From: Nitrospirae bacterium MYbin3
GTDB taxonomy: Bacteria; Nitrospirota; Thermodesulfovibrionia; Thermodesulfovibrionales; Dissulfurispiraceae
NCBI GenBank assembly: GCA_002753335.1
Contig: PEAD01000031.1
Location: 1 to 34,087, forward strand
DNA length: 34,087 bases
Reading direction: 5' to 3'
The notes beneath the pieces are model-generated. The model made no database searches, was not told where the DNA came from, and saw nothing but the letters and a program-made list of their open reading frames with translations. Numbering within the stretch: position 1 is the first letter of the stretch; the number at the start of each line of letters is the position of its first letter. Position numbers and translations under genes: made by a program. Shown here one piece after another: positions 8,469 through 17,802 of the stretch.

Positions 8469-11279
8469 TTATGCGATTTGAGAGAGTATATTCAACACTT
8501 TTTGGAGTTCTGCTTTCAGGCTGGTTATGGTTTGTTCCGGAACAAGCTGCTTATTCCGGGATGCGTTTTCGATATCGGAGGCGATATTTTTTAAGGTCTC
8601 GGCTCCTATGCTTGCGGCCATGGATTTCAATGTATGGGCTTCTCTTTCAAGAGTATTCAGGTCCCCGGCCTCAAACGAGCGATTGAGGGTAATCAGACGC
8701 TCAGACGAACTATTTCTAAAAGCATCTATGATTTTTACGATAAACTCCTCGTTATTGCCGACTATTTCAAAGCCTACGTATTCAAACAGCTTTATAATGT
8801 CTATTACCGTACGAGTGTCTTTTATCGGCTCCTTTTCTTTATCGTGGACTAAGTCGGCCACGTCCTCTTTTGTGGAATAGTTGAGCGCTGAAAGTATATG
8901 TGCCAGCTCCTGCATGCTTATCGGCTTTGAAATGTAATCGTTCATGCCGGCCGCAAGGCATTGCTCACGGTCTTCTCTCATAGCATTGGCTGTCATGGCT
9001 ACTATAGGCACCTTATGGTCAAGGACTTTCGATGCGGTGTTTCTTATGATTCGTGTTGCTGTCAAGCCGTCCATTTCGGGCATCTGAATATCCATGAGCA
9101 CAAGGTCAAAAAGTTCCTTTTCAAGCTGTTCGATCGCTTTCAAGCCATTTTCGGCTACGGTGACGGTATGCCCCAATTTCTCAAGAAGCCGGACCGCAAG
9201 CATTTGATTGAAATCATTGTCTTCAGCAATCAGTATCTTAAGCGGAATACTTTCCTTGAGTTCAGCGGTAGAATCTTGTTTGCATGACAGATGTTCTTCG
9301 GTGCCCGAAGCATCTGCAGTGTTAAATACTGCCGTGAAATAAAAGGTCGCCCCTCTTTGCGGTTCGCTTTCAACCCATACGTTGCCGCTCATCAATTCAG
9401 CAAGCTTTTTGCTGATCGCAAGTCCGAGTCCTGTACCGCCGTATTTCTTTGTTGTTGACTCATCAGCCTGCGCAAAATCATCGAATATGCATTTCTGTTT
9501 TTCAATAGGTATCCCGATCCCTGTATCATGCACCGAAAATAGCAGAGGATGGCGGTTCCTTTTTTCGCTCTTTTCGGATGGCATTTCTTTGACATGCACA
9601 GATATCTCACCTTTGTCGGTGAACTTGACCGCATTTCCTAGAAGGTTGACCAATATCTGTTTCAGGCGCTCAGGGTCTCCTTTGAGCGTTTGGGGTGTTT
9701 CGGCCGAGACCGAATAATTAAGCGCCACACCTTTTTCAGAGGCCGCAAGACTGACTATTGAAAGGGAATCGGTAATAACCGATTTCAGATCGAAGACAAT
9801 CTCTTCAAGTTCAAGTTTTCCCGATTCTATTTTTGACAGGTTCAGGATGTCGTTTAATATCTTCAGCAGGCTTTTGGATGCATGGCTGATTACTGTCAGA
9901 TACTCTTTTTGTTCTGCGGTTAGATGTGTGTCAAGGGCAAGATCGGCCATCCCGATTATTGCGTTCATGGGGGTGCGGAGCTCATGGCTCATATTAGCTA
10001 GGAATCTTGATCTTGCAAGGGCTGAAGTCTCTGCTATCTCTTTTGCCTTTTGCAGTTCATCTACCTGTTTTTCGAGGTCTGTATTCAACTGTCGTATTCT
10101 TTTTTCGGCAGACTTGCGCTCGCTGATATTTCTGGACACATGCACGATTTGTACAACATTGCCGTTTTCATCCGTTATAGGCGAAGCCGAAACCTCGACA
10201 TTCATTTGATTTCCTGACCCATCAAAATGTATGTGTTCGTACACTGAGTGTTCTCCGGTCTTCAAAGTGTCTTCCATCGGACAGATATCATTGGGGGCTT
10301 CGCATGGATCGCAGCGTCGGTGTGTAATTTCATAGCATTTCTTGCCCACAACCTCTTCTTTCTTTAAACCTGTCTCTTTCAGGAATACGCTGTTGCAGTC
10401 AACTATGCTGTAATCGGTGGTATTGATGATAGAAACCGCATCATTCATGCTGTCAAGCGCCGATTTTATGAAGTCATGAGATTTTGTGAGCTCTTTTTCT
10501 TTTTCTTTCAGGTCCCGAAAAATAATGCTGTATGGTTTTTCAAAACCGGTTTTAATAAGCGCTTTGTAGAATAGATAAAAAGATAGTATTTTCAGCATAT
10601 GGCCGGTAAAGTTCAAATAACCGTAAACATCCGCATATAATGTGAAGGTCAGTTCCATCGCTACTGTAACAGTTATGGCCGCAATAAGAAGCCGCGATAC
10701 ATCCTCATCGAACTCAGCTCTTTTTTTGTACAGCAACACTGCTGCAAAGGCAAGGATTAGGGATATTACATATTCACTGATTTTTTTAAATGGTGTCAGT
10801 CCAGCTCCTTCGATATAGCAGTCAGGGAAACTTAACCAATAAAAAATCGAGAGGACAAAAAGAACGGTTGCTGCTGTATAGGCCGCAAAAACAGCTTTGA
10901 AGTTGAGACGTGCATGTATAAGGAAAGCAGCAATGAGCAGAGAAACGCTTTGAAGCGCGCGGGCTGCTATCCATAGTTGAGTTGCCGGATTTGCACCGCT
11001 TATTGGCAATAAATTCATTCCTTTGTAGGCGATGGTATGCATGAAATCCAACAGGCCGACGAACAGAAAGGCGGTGCTGAGAAATAGAATGTAGTTGTTG
11101 GATATAGAACGACGCACATTCCATACGAAAATCGAGATCGATAGGATGACTATGATGCTGAAGAATTCAACCGCTGTGTGGAAAACAAGATAGTTGTAGC
11201 GGCTCAAAATAAAGAGCAAAGCGCAGGCAGCAAAGGCCGGGATAAAACTTGTCCGAATCGCTGACAGTTCAATCCTCAT
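8469..11279 (-). CDS. Membrane hybrid sensor kinase (MASE3-like TM region, PAS, HisKA, HATPase_c, REC, HPt)
   Basis: NYLVFHTAVEFFSII...HTIAYKGM...TQLWIAAR multi-TM sensor; PAS with GKKCYEITH; SHELRTPMN H-box; REC with MDIQMPEMDG; HPt with AHTLKS. Confidence 0.92.
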   Translation of the reverse strand: MRIELSAIRTSFIPAFAACALLFILSRYNYLVFHTAVEFFSIIVILSISIFVWNVRRSISNNYILFLSTAFLFVGLLDFMHTIAYKGMNLLPISGANPATQLWIAARALQSVSLLIAAFLIHARLNFKAVFAAYTAATVLFVLSIFYWLSFPDCYIEGAGLTPFKKISEYVISLILAFAAVLLYKKRAEFDEDVSRLLIAAITVTVAMELTFTLYADVYGYLNFTGHMLKILSFYLFYKALIKTGFEKPYSIIFRDLKEKEKELTKSHDFIKSALDSMNDAVSIINTTDYSIVDCNSVFLKETGLKKEEVVGKKCYEITHRRCDPCEAPNDICPMEDTLKTGEHSVYEHIHFDGSGNQMNVEVSASPITDENGNVVQIVHVSRNISERKSAEKRIRQLNTDLEKQVDELQKAKEIAETSALARSRFLANMSHELRTPMNAIIGMADLALDTHLTAEQKEYLTVISHASKSLLKILNDILNLSKIESGKLELEEIVFDLKSVITDSLSIVSLAASEKGVALNYSVSAETPQTLKGDPERLKQILVNLLGNAVKFTDKGEISVHVKEMPSEKSEKRNRHPLLFSVHDTGIGIPIEKQKCIFDDFAQADESTTKKYGGTGLGLAISKKLAELMSGNVWVESEPQRGATFYFTAVFNTADASGTEEHLSCKQDSTAELKESIPLKILIAEDNDFNQMLAVRLLEKLGHTVTVAENGLKAIEQLEKELFDLVLMDIQMPEMDGLTATRIIRNTASKVLDHKVPIVAMTANAMREDREQCLAAGMNDYISKPISMQELAHILSALNYSTKEDVADLVHDKEKEPIKDTRTVIDIIKLFEYVGFEIVGNNEEFIVKIIDAFRNSSSERLITLNRSFEAGDLNTLEREAHTLKSMAASIGAETLKNIASDIENASRNKQLVPEQTITSLKAELQKVLNILSQIA

Positions 11280-11293
11280 AGGGAAAAAACCGC

Positions 11294-12184
11294 TTATCTT
11301 TCTGCCCCTAATATTTTATGAATATCTTCTCTTACATCCAGCACATCATTTTTGTCTATTTCCAGCTCCTCCATAAGCTTGTTCAAAGAGGATTTTGCTG
11401 TGTATTGTATCGAGGTCATCGTATCAAATTCATCATCAGGCATGTTTTCTTTATAGGATTTGACCGTCTCTTCCAGCACAATCTTCTCCGAAAACTGGAT
11501 GCAGGCATTTATCTTTCGTGCAGTTTTGTCGCTCATATCTTTAATTTCATCGAGTGAATGATGCCAGAGTATCGCTTCGCATACAGGCGTCGACAGATGC
11601 CATGACTTGGCAAGCAGATGCCCTACGACGCTATGGTTTGTTTTGTAAAGCGACTCCTCTATTTTGCCTGCTACCGGGGTGGGGCCTATCGCAAAATCAA
11701 CTATGGTATGATATTCGGCGAATTTTTTTATAAGCAGTGGGATTGCGCAATCGTGAAACAGTCCCGCCATATAAGCCTCGCTTTGCAGGGCTGAATCAGC
11801 TTTCTTCATCACAAGTTGAGATGTTTTTGCGATCTGAAGCGAATGGTTCCAGAAGGCATCGAATATTTTTTTAGGTACGCCTTTGATTGTCAGAGTTCCC
11901 TGCAGTGCAGACGCCAGCACGAGGTTGAAAAAATTGGTCATTCCCATAAGATTGAGCGCCCTGTCGATGGAGCTGATCTTGCCCATGCCTATAAAAGGAG
12001 AGCTCGCAATTTTTACAACACTTGCAGAAAGCCCTATGTCTTTCGATACTAGATCGGCTATTAACGACATGTTTGGGTGCGGTTTGTTGACTTCATTGCG
12101 GATAGACATAATAACCGTTGGCTGGGGAGGGATACCTACGCTTTTAATCAGCTCTTCCGCATTCTGGATTTTAGGGTCCGCCAT
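11294..12184 (-). CDS. HDOD domain protein (paralog of 2109..2969)
   Basis: DIGLSASVVKIASSP, FWNHS, GLFHDCAIPLLIKKF, HSVVGHLLAKSWHL. Confidence 0.9.
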   Translation of the reverse strand: MADPKIQNAEELIKSVGIPPQPTVIMSIRNEVNKPHPNMSLIADLVSKDIGLSASVVKIASSPFIGMGKISSIDRALNLMGMTNFFNLVLASALQGTLTIKGVPKKIFDAFWNHSLQIAKTSQLVMKKADSALQSEAYMAGLFHDCAIPLLIKKFAEYHTIVDFAIGPTPVAGKIEESLYKTNHSVVGHLLAKSWHLSTPVCEAILWHHSLDEIKDMSDKTARKINACIQFSEKIVLEETVKSYKENMPDDEFDTMTSIQYTAKSSLNKLMEELEIDKNDVLDVREDIHKILGAER

Positions 12185-12215
12185 TTTTTCCTCCTATGCC
12201 GAAAATGGATTAATA

Positions 12216-12950
12216 TTATTTTTTGAAAAGTTTGTTCAATATGCCCTGCTTTTTAGGAGCTTCTACCTCAACCGTATGAGATGGCGCTTTTGTGGCGCCA
12301 AGCTGCCATACGCAAATGTGGTGTGCAATTTCTTCGTCAATAGCGATGTTAGAGCCCTCGCATTCAACCACAAAAGAGGGGTAGGTCTGGTGCAGTTTAA
12401 TGGTGCTGCCAGGACGTATCTGCAGTCCGTTCAGCCTGTGCATCTCATGGTCTTCACCGCAGTTCATATATGCTATCCGGGCGGATTGGCCTATCTTCAT
12501 ATCCGACAGTGGGGTTACGGCGCTCTCTATCGTTGTAACCGAATTTATGCAGCAGTCGCCGGGCGGTATAGGGAGTCCATGAGGGCATTCCTTGGGATGG
12601 CCCAGCATGATGCAGATGCTGTTGACCAGTACATCCGAGATTATATGCTCGAATTCGCAAGCGCCTTTCTCAAAGTCCATGCCCATGCCCATGGCATCGT
12701 ACATAAGGCGCTCGGCCAGACGGTGTGCGCGTATGATGCGCCGGGCGTGGGCCGCGCCTTTTTCGGTAAGCGCGATGCCGCTTTTATCAGCAGAGAATTT
12801 CGCCATGTCCTCATCAACCAGCATGTCTAAGGCTTCGGAATCCAAATCTTTTTCGAGTTCGCATTTCATATCTGCCATCGATGTTTTGCCGTCCTCCTGC
12901 ATGCACCAGAGCGCCTCGAGGTATTCATCTTTTTCCAATCTGCTTTTCAT
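12216..12950 (-). CDS. DtxR/MntR-family metal-dependent repressor with C-terminal FeoA (SH3-like) domain
   Basis: EYLEALW, LTEKG..A.RIIRAHRLAERLM, ACEFEH, CPHGLPIP, then a FeoA-like PLSDMKIGQSARI...RLNGLQIRPG segment. Confidence 0.9.
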   Translation of the reverse strand: MKSRLEKDEYLEALWCMQEDGKTSMADMKCELEKDLDSEALDMLVDEDMAKFSADKSGIALTEKGAAHARRIIRAHRLAERLMYDAMGMGMDFEKGACEFEHIISDVLVNSICIMLGHPKECPHGLPIPPGDCCINSVTTIESAVTPLSDMKIGQSARIAYMNCGEDHEMHRLNGLQIRPGSTIKLHQTYPSFVVECEGSNIAIDEEIAHHICVWQLGATKAPSHTVEVEAPKKQGILNKLFKK

Positions 12951-12969
12951 ATTTCCACCACCTTTTAAA

Positions 12970-14940
12970 TTATAGTTTAAAAATTAACCGCAGCACCCAG
13001 TTTGTTCCACCGGCAATCAGAAGTGAACTGGCTGTTATAGCAAAAACTATTATGCCTGTACGCTTTACCCCTAGCTGTTTTGTAATGCTGCCGATATTTG
13101 CAAAACAGGGGAAAAACATGGTGGTAAGGGTTACTGCTATGATGCACTGCACTATATCAAGTTGTCCTTTTTCGGCCAGGTCAGAGATAACAACCACAGA
13201 AAGTGACCGCGTTGCCATGACAAGGATAAGGGCCTCGACCATGTCTAAAGGAAGCCCCAAGAAACCTGTCACCAGAGGCGAGAGAAAAATTTTAACTTTT
13301 TCAAGCACCCCAAATCTGTCAAGGGTAAAAAGGGCAAGCGCCGCAAAGATAAAAATCGGAAAGGCCTCTATCAGAAACTCATAGAGCCGGTTATAGGTTT
13401 TCCGCCAGATGTTCTTTAGGTTAGGCATTCTTATAGGAGGGAGCATCTGCACAAAAAGGCTCTTTCTGTCTTCGCGTATCATTTTGTTTAGAATAAGTCC
13501 TGTTACCACCTCTACTGCCAAAAGAATTGAGAACGATATAACAAAAGCTGTTATGCCGAACTTGCCGAGCACGCTCATGCTTAAGCCTATCTGTGGGGCG
13601 CAGGGAATGGCAAAAGCGATAAGGAAGATAGCTATGTACCTTTCTTTCTGAGACATTATTGTCTTTGCTGTGAGTGTGGCCATGGTCTTGCAGCCAAAAC
13701 CGAGCACCATAGGGAGGATGGTCTCGCCGCTAAGACCGATTTTATTGAAGACGCGCTTCGAAAGGACGCTCAGATTGGGTATATACCCCACATCTTCAAG
13801 TATGCTGTACAGGATAAAGAAGACTGACAGGATCGGCAAGACTGTCAAGAGCGCGCTTGCAACCCCAAGGTTGAGAACCCCGTATTTCCCCGTAAGAAAA
13901 TCTTTCCAGAAAGAAGAGTCTATTGAAGCATTAAGCCATTCTTCTACAGGAGACCAGAACAGAATTTTCATGATGTCCGCAAAGGAGTTGGCTACATGCA
14001 CCACAAGCAGATATGTCGTGATGAGTATCGCAATTAATATCAGCGAGCCGGACAGTGGAGAACGGCACAGTCTGGCGGCATTCTCCGAGAACTTGTTTTC
14101 TGAGGCCATCTGTTTTTTTGTGATCTCGTTAAAGGTGTTGTCCACCCATTGACTGTATGTGTAGCGGATGAGTCTTGCAGGATTTCCCCTGAATTTCTGT
14201 ACGATATCGTTGACAGTGTCTGTTATTTGCGCTAGTACATTTTTTTCGGTGATCTTCTCCAGATATCCTTCAATATAAGAATCCGTTAACAGCATGAGAA
14301 GCGCCATTTTCCGCTTGTAGCGTACGACTTCAGGAAAGAGCGGCTCGATTGATGACACAGCATTTTCGAGCATGTCACCGAAGCGCACCGTCTGTTTTGG
14401 CGGTTTTGCCTTTTCTATCGCTTTTTTCAGCCTGTTTGTGCCCACTCCTTTTACCGCAATGGATTCGACCACAGGAACGCCAAGTATTCGGGACAGTTTT
14501 TCAGCATCTATCCACAGCCCTTTCCGGGCCGATTCATCAACAGCGTTCAGGGCGATTACCATAGGAATTCCCAGCTCAAGAAGTTCTGCGGTGAGTGCGA
14601 GTGATTGCTTGAGGCGGGTTGCATCAATGCACTGCAGCAGGACATCAACTTTTCCCGAGAATATCATATCCCTGACAGCGGCGCCTTCTTCTGACTGAAT
14701 AAAAAGCGAATATATGCCGGGGGTGTCAAACATTTCGCAGGCTCCGTCAGGTATGGAGCAGGGTGCCTGTTTAATGCTTATGGTCGAAAAAGGATAGTTG
14801 GCGATAAGGGTATATTCGCCTGTAAGATTTGAGAATATCTGGCTCTTTCCGCTGTTGGGCGGTCCGATAATAAGGATTTTTCTTCCTGATGATGGTGAGC
14901 CTGATAATGTGCTGTCATGACAACTCTGCGACAATAGCAC
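12970..14940 (-). CDS. feoB: Ferrous iron transporter FeoB (magnetosome-cluster-associated FeoB-like)
   Basis: G1 GPPNSGKS, ANYP, G3 DTPGIYSL, G4 NAVD; membrane part LEDVGY, GLSG..LPMVLGFGC, IPC, FPC. Confidence 0.92.
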   Translation of the reverse strand: MLLSQSCHDSTLSGSPSSGRKILIIGPPNSGKSQIFSNLTGEYTLIANYPFSTISIKQAPCSIPDGACEMFDTPGIYSLFIQSEEGAAVRDMIFSGKVDVLLQCIDATRLKQSLALTAELLELGIPMVIALNAVDESARKGLWIDAEKLSRILGVPVVESIAVKGVGTNRLKKAIEKAKPPKQTVRFGDMLENAVSSIEPLFPEVVRYKRKMALLMLLTDSYIEGYLEKITEKNVLAQITDTVNDIVQKFRGNPARLIRYTYSQWVDNTFNEITKKQMASENKFSENAARLCRSPLSGSLILIAILITTYLLVVHVANSFADIMKILFWSPVEEWLNASIDSSFWKDFLTGKYGVLNLGVASALLTVLPILSVFFILYSILEDVGYIPNLSVLSKRVFNKIGLSGETILPMVLGFGCKTMATLTAKTIMSQKERYIAIFLIAFAIPCAPQIGLSMSVLGKFGITAFVISFSILLAVEVVTGLILNKMIREDRKSLFVQMLPPIRMPNLKNIWRKTYNRLYEFLIEAFPIFIFAALALFTLDRFGVLEKVKIFLSPLVTGFLGLPLDMVEALILVMATRSLSVVVISDLAEKGQLDIVQCIIAVTLTTMFFPCFANIGSITKQLGVKRTGIIVFAITASSLLIAGGTNWVLRLIFKL

Positions 14941-15004
14941 CTCCCGGAATACGTGATATTTATTTTAGTTCTTACTGTTTAGAAACCGGCAAATAGAGTG
15001 CCTG

Positions 15005-15049
15005 TTGACTTGTGCTGTATGATAACAATATAATTTAGCGAATGTAAAT
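15005..15049 (+). promoter_or_regulatory. sigma70-like promoter of the mad28 unit with an overlapping palindrome (candidate DtxR-family operator)
   Basis: TTGACT (15005-15010), N18, TATAAT (15029-15034). The palindrome ATTTA-N7-TAAAT at 15033-15049 overlaps the -10/+1 region. Confidence 0.5.
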
Positions 15050-15094
15050 AAATACGCGACTAAGAAAACTTATTGAAAGATATTAGGAGGGGCT

Positions 15095-16156
15095 ATGGTA
15101 GAAGCAGCTGGAGTGAGTGAGTATCAGGGTAAGGTGGACTCTGTTGTGCCGGATAAACCAGAAGGGCCTATAGGTCTTGATGTCGGCACCAGCAACATAG
15201 TCATGGCCCAGAATAAAGGCAACAAAATTGTGCTTACAAAACAGCTTAATGCCTTTTTCACCATCCCCCAATCAAAATTTACCAAACAGATTCTTATTCA
15301 GAACGAGATAACATTTTTCGAACATAAAAAACAGTATTTTATAATCGGTGATTCTGCCGAAAACTTCGCCAACATGTTCAACGCCAATTCCAAAAGGACC
15401 ATGGAAAAGGGATTTCTTGCTTTGCGGGAAGATGAAGGCGTAGCCATAATTCAGGCTTTGATCAAGACGCTCGTACAAAGGCCCAAGAAATTCGGCGAGA
15501 TTATCTGCTTTAGCGTTCCGGGCGATGCTTTTGACAATGAAGACAAGGCCTCTCCGTTGAGCGGTCATGAGTCTGTTATTAAAATGTATCTTGAAAGTCT
15601 CGGCTATACTCCTATTGCTATCAATGAGGGGCTTGCGGTTGTCATGGCCGAGCTGGGCGATGACAACTATACAGGAATAGGAATCAGCATGGGCGGCGGC
15701 ATGTGCAACATCTGCCTTTCATATATGTCTGTTCCGGTTATACAGTACAGCATACAGCAGGGCGGTGATGACATCGACGAGCGCGTGGGCCGTGAAGTAG
15801 GGTTGTCAGCAACAAAAGTAAAAGGCATAAAAGAGGAGGGTGTTGACCTCTCCAAACTCCCTAAAAATAAGGTTGAGCTTGCTATCCAGATGTATTATAC
15901 AGATCTGATAAACCAGTTGGTGTTCAGTCTGGAGCATGTTATTTCTTCTTCCAACAAGATACCGAAAATAGCGGACCCTGTTCCTGTTGTAATAAGCGGC
16001 GGTACGGCATCTCCGAAGGGTTTCAGGGAGAAGTTCGAGAGCGCTGTTCAGACCATCAGGCTGCCTTTCGAGATATCTAAGATCGTCATTCCTCAAGACC
16101 CTCTAAGCACCACAGCAAAAGGTGCTTTGGTTATGGCAGTATCTGAGTCGATATAG
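15095..16156 (+). CDS. mad28: Actin-like magnetosome protein Mad28
   Basis: Actin-fold phosphate-1 IGLDVGTSNI, INEGLAVV, GISMGGGMCN, GGDDID, VISGGT; lies near the mam cluster and is distinct from MamK. RBS AGGAGG. Confidence 0.8.
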   Translation: MVEAAGVSEYQGKVDSVVPDKPEGPIGLDVGTSNIVMAQNKGNKIVLTKQLNAFFTIPQSKFTKQILIQNEITFFEHKKQYFIIGDSAENFANMFNANSKRTMEKGFLALREDEGVAIIQALIKTLVQRPKKFGEIICFSVPGDAFDNEDKASPLSGHESVIKMYLESLGYTPIAINEGLAVVMAELGDDNYTGIGISMGGGMCNICLSYMSVPVIQYSIQQGGDDIDERVGREVGLSATKVKGIKEEGVDLSKLPKNKVELAIQMYYTDLINQLVFSLEHVISSSNKIPKIADPVPVVISGGTASPKGFREKFESAVQTIRLPFEISKIVIPQDPLSTTAKGALVMAVSESI

Positions 16157-16164
16157 AGAGGTGC

Positions 16165-16608
16165 ATGCCTTTTTCAGCAGTCCTCTTTTCGGCTGATAAT
16201 CTCAGAGGGGCATTGCTGAGTAAGGCGCTCACAAAGCATGGCTTTGAGGTTTCTCTCCAGAGGAATATCAATACGTTTACGGATGTTCTGAACACAAAAT
16301 CCCCTCAGCTTGTTATTCTTGATAAAGAAGGCGGCTATTTTACCGGTGATCTTGATGTCCTTGGTCCGTTGAGCGTTCTGTTGAAGGGCATACCGGTTAT
16401 CATTGTTTCCAATTCAGCATCTGACGGCTCTTTCAATCTTAAAGATGTTTCTGTGGAGTGGTGCCATTCAAATCCAATTGATCCTTTGGCCGTTGCAACT
16501 AAGGCAAAAAGCCTGCTTGCCGGTTCTGCCCCCAATTTTGTTTCAAAAGAAGCTCCTGAAAAGGACGCGATCACAGAAGATCTGAAGGGCTTTCTCGGCC
16601 TTGAGTAG
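16165..16608 (+). CDS. Degenerate receiver (REC-like) domain protein
   Basis: Receiver-like pattern (L..HGFEV...SPQLVILD...IPVIIVS), but the acidic pocket is reduced (FSAD) and the conserved Lys is replaced (SNP). Starts 8 bp after mad28. Confidence 0.6.
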   Translation: MPFSAVLFSADNLRGALLSKALTKHGFEVSLQRNINTFTDVLNTKSPQLVILDKEGGYFTGDLDVLGPLSVLLKGIPVIIVSNSASDGSFNLKDVSVEWCHSNPIDPLAVATKAKSLLAGSAPNFVSKEAPEKDAITEDLKGFLGLE

Positions 16609-16631
16609 ATAAATAGCAATGAATTACATCC

Positions 16632-16775
16632 AACCACAGAGTTCACAGAGAGAAAAAAAAACATTTGGGGAAAATAGGTCTTCTCTGTGTTTTTTGGGTT
16701 TTGAATTTTTTAATGCACAGAGTAGTAACTGGCTGTATTTTTTTATTTTAGTTTTTCTCGGTGTGCTCTGTGGTT
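16632..16775. repeat. Imperfect long palindromic element (REP/MITE-like), copy 1
   Basis: Left arm AACCACAGAGTTCACAGAG; right arm CTCGGTGTGCTCTGTGGTT (imperfect reverse complement); internal CTCTGTG/CACAGAG units. Confidence 0.7.
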
Positions 16776-16788
16776 AAAGATATTTATA

Positions 16789-17685
16789 ATGTCTAAAAAA
16801 GTTATCGCAATAGTAGGACCCAAAGGCGGAGTCGGGAAAAGCACAATCTCTGTAAACCTTGCGATAGCACTTGCAGGAATCGGCAAAAAAGTTATCGCTG
16901 TTGATCTTGATCTCGGCGGTGCAAACCTTCACATTCTTATGGGCCTCAGGAGCTTCAAGCACTCCTTGGATGATTTTATTCTGAAAAAGGTGAAGAGCCT
17001 TGAGGAAATTCTTATAGAGACAGGGATCGAGAACTTGAGTCTCATCTGCGGCGGATCCAATATTCCTGATATAGCCAATATGCCTTTTCAGCAAAAGATG
17101 AAGCTTATTAATCATATTCTAAAACTGGACAGCGACATTGTAATTTTAGACCTCGCCGCAGGATCGTCATTTAATGTTGTGGATTTTCTGATGATCGCCA
17201 ACCAGCGGCTGATGGTAACCACACCAGAGATGACCTCTCTGCTGAAGGCCTATACGTTTATAAAGACCTGTGTCTTCAGGATGCTCACATTCCATTTCAA
17301 AACCACAGATGCTCAGAATGTTCTGGAGATCCTCGAAAAGGCGAAGGACCCTGTTGCGAACCCCCATTTGAAGACCATGCAGAATATTCTGGATGAGGCT
17401 GCAAAGATCAACCCTGCTTCAACGGCTGCTGCAAGGGAATTGATTGCAGGATTCAAGCCGAATATTTTAATTAATATGACCCAATCCGAGAGAGACGCCA
17501 ACGTGGGCAATGTTATTCAGGGAATGCTGAACCAGTACCTCGGCATATTTTCGAGCGTTATAACCACGCTGCCGACCGACCCTATGGTTAAGAAGGCGAC
17601 CTTGCAGACCAAGCCTGTAATGCTGGTTGCTCCGGAATCGGAGTTTTCGATAGCTGTAAGAAGTCTTGCCCTGCAGTGCCTTTAA
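16789..17685 (+). CDS. MinD/ParA/FlhG-family ATPase
   Basis: Deviant Walker A KGGVGKS, VDLDLGGANLH, ILDLAAG, VTTPEMTS, LINM. Confidence 0.9.
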   Translation: MSKKVIAIVGPKGGVGKSTISVNLAIALAGIGKKVIAVDLDLGGANLHILMGLRSFKHSLDDFILKKVKSLEEILIETGIENLSLICGGSNIPDIANMPFQQKMKLINHILKLDSDIVILDLAAGSSFNVVDFLMIANQRLMVTTPEMTSLLKAYTFIKTCVFRMLTFHFKTTDAQNVLEILEKAKDPVANPHLKTMQNILDEAAKINPASTAAARELIAGFKPNILINMTQSERDANVGNVIQGMLNQYLGIFSSVITTLPTDPMVKKATLQTKPVMLVAPESEFSIAVRSLALQCL

Positions 17686-17701
17686 GCGAATACGGCAGTT
17701 A

Positions 17702-17793
17702 AACCACAGAGTCCACAGAGGTTTACAAGATAAAACAAGAGCTCACAGAGTTTTTTGTTTTTTTAAAGTCTTATCTCTGTGCTCTCTGTGGTT
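17702..17793. repeat. Imperfect long palindromic element (REP/MITE-like), copy 2; could act as a bidirectional terminator
   Basis: AACCACAGAGTCCACAGAG (17702-17720) pairs with CTCTGTGCTCTCTGTGGTT (17775-17793), 17/19 complementary; lies between convergent genes. Confidence 0.7.
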
Positions 17794-17802
17794 GGCTTTT
17801 GT

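Noticed and set aside
11883..12830. 315-aa plus-strand ORF
   Set aside because: Antisense to the well-supported HDOD and DtxR genes.
16789..17685. Cell-division minD or flagellar flhG assignment
   Set aside because: No minC/minE or flhF/fliA context and no clear C-terminal amphipathic helix, so the call is left at family level.
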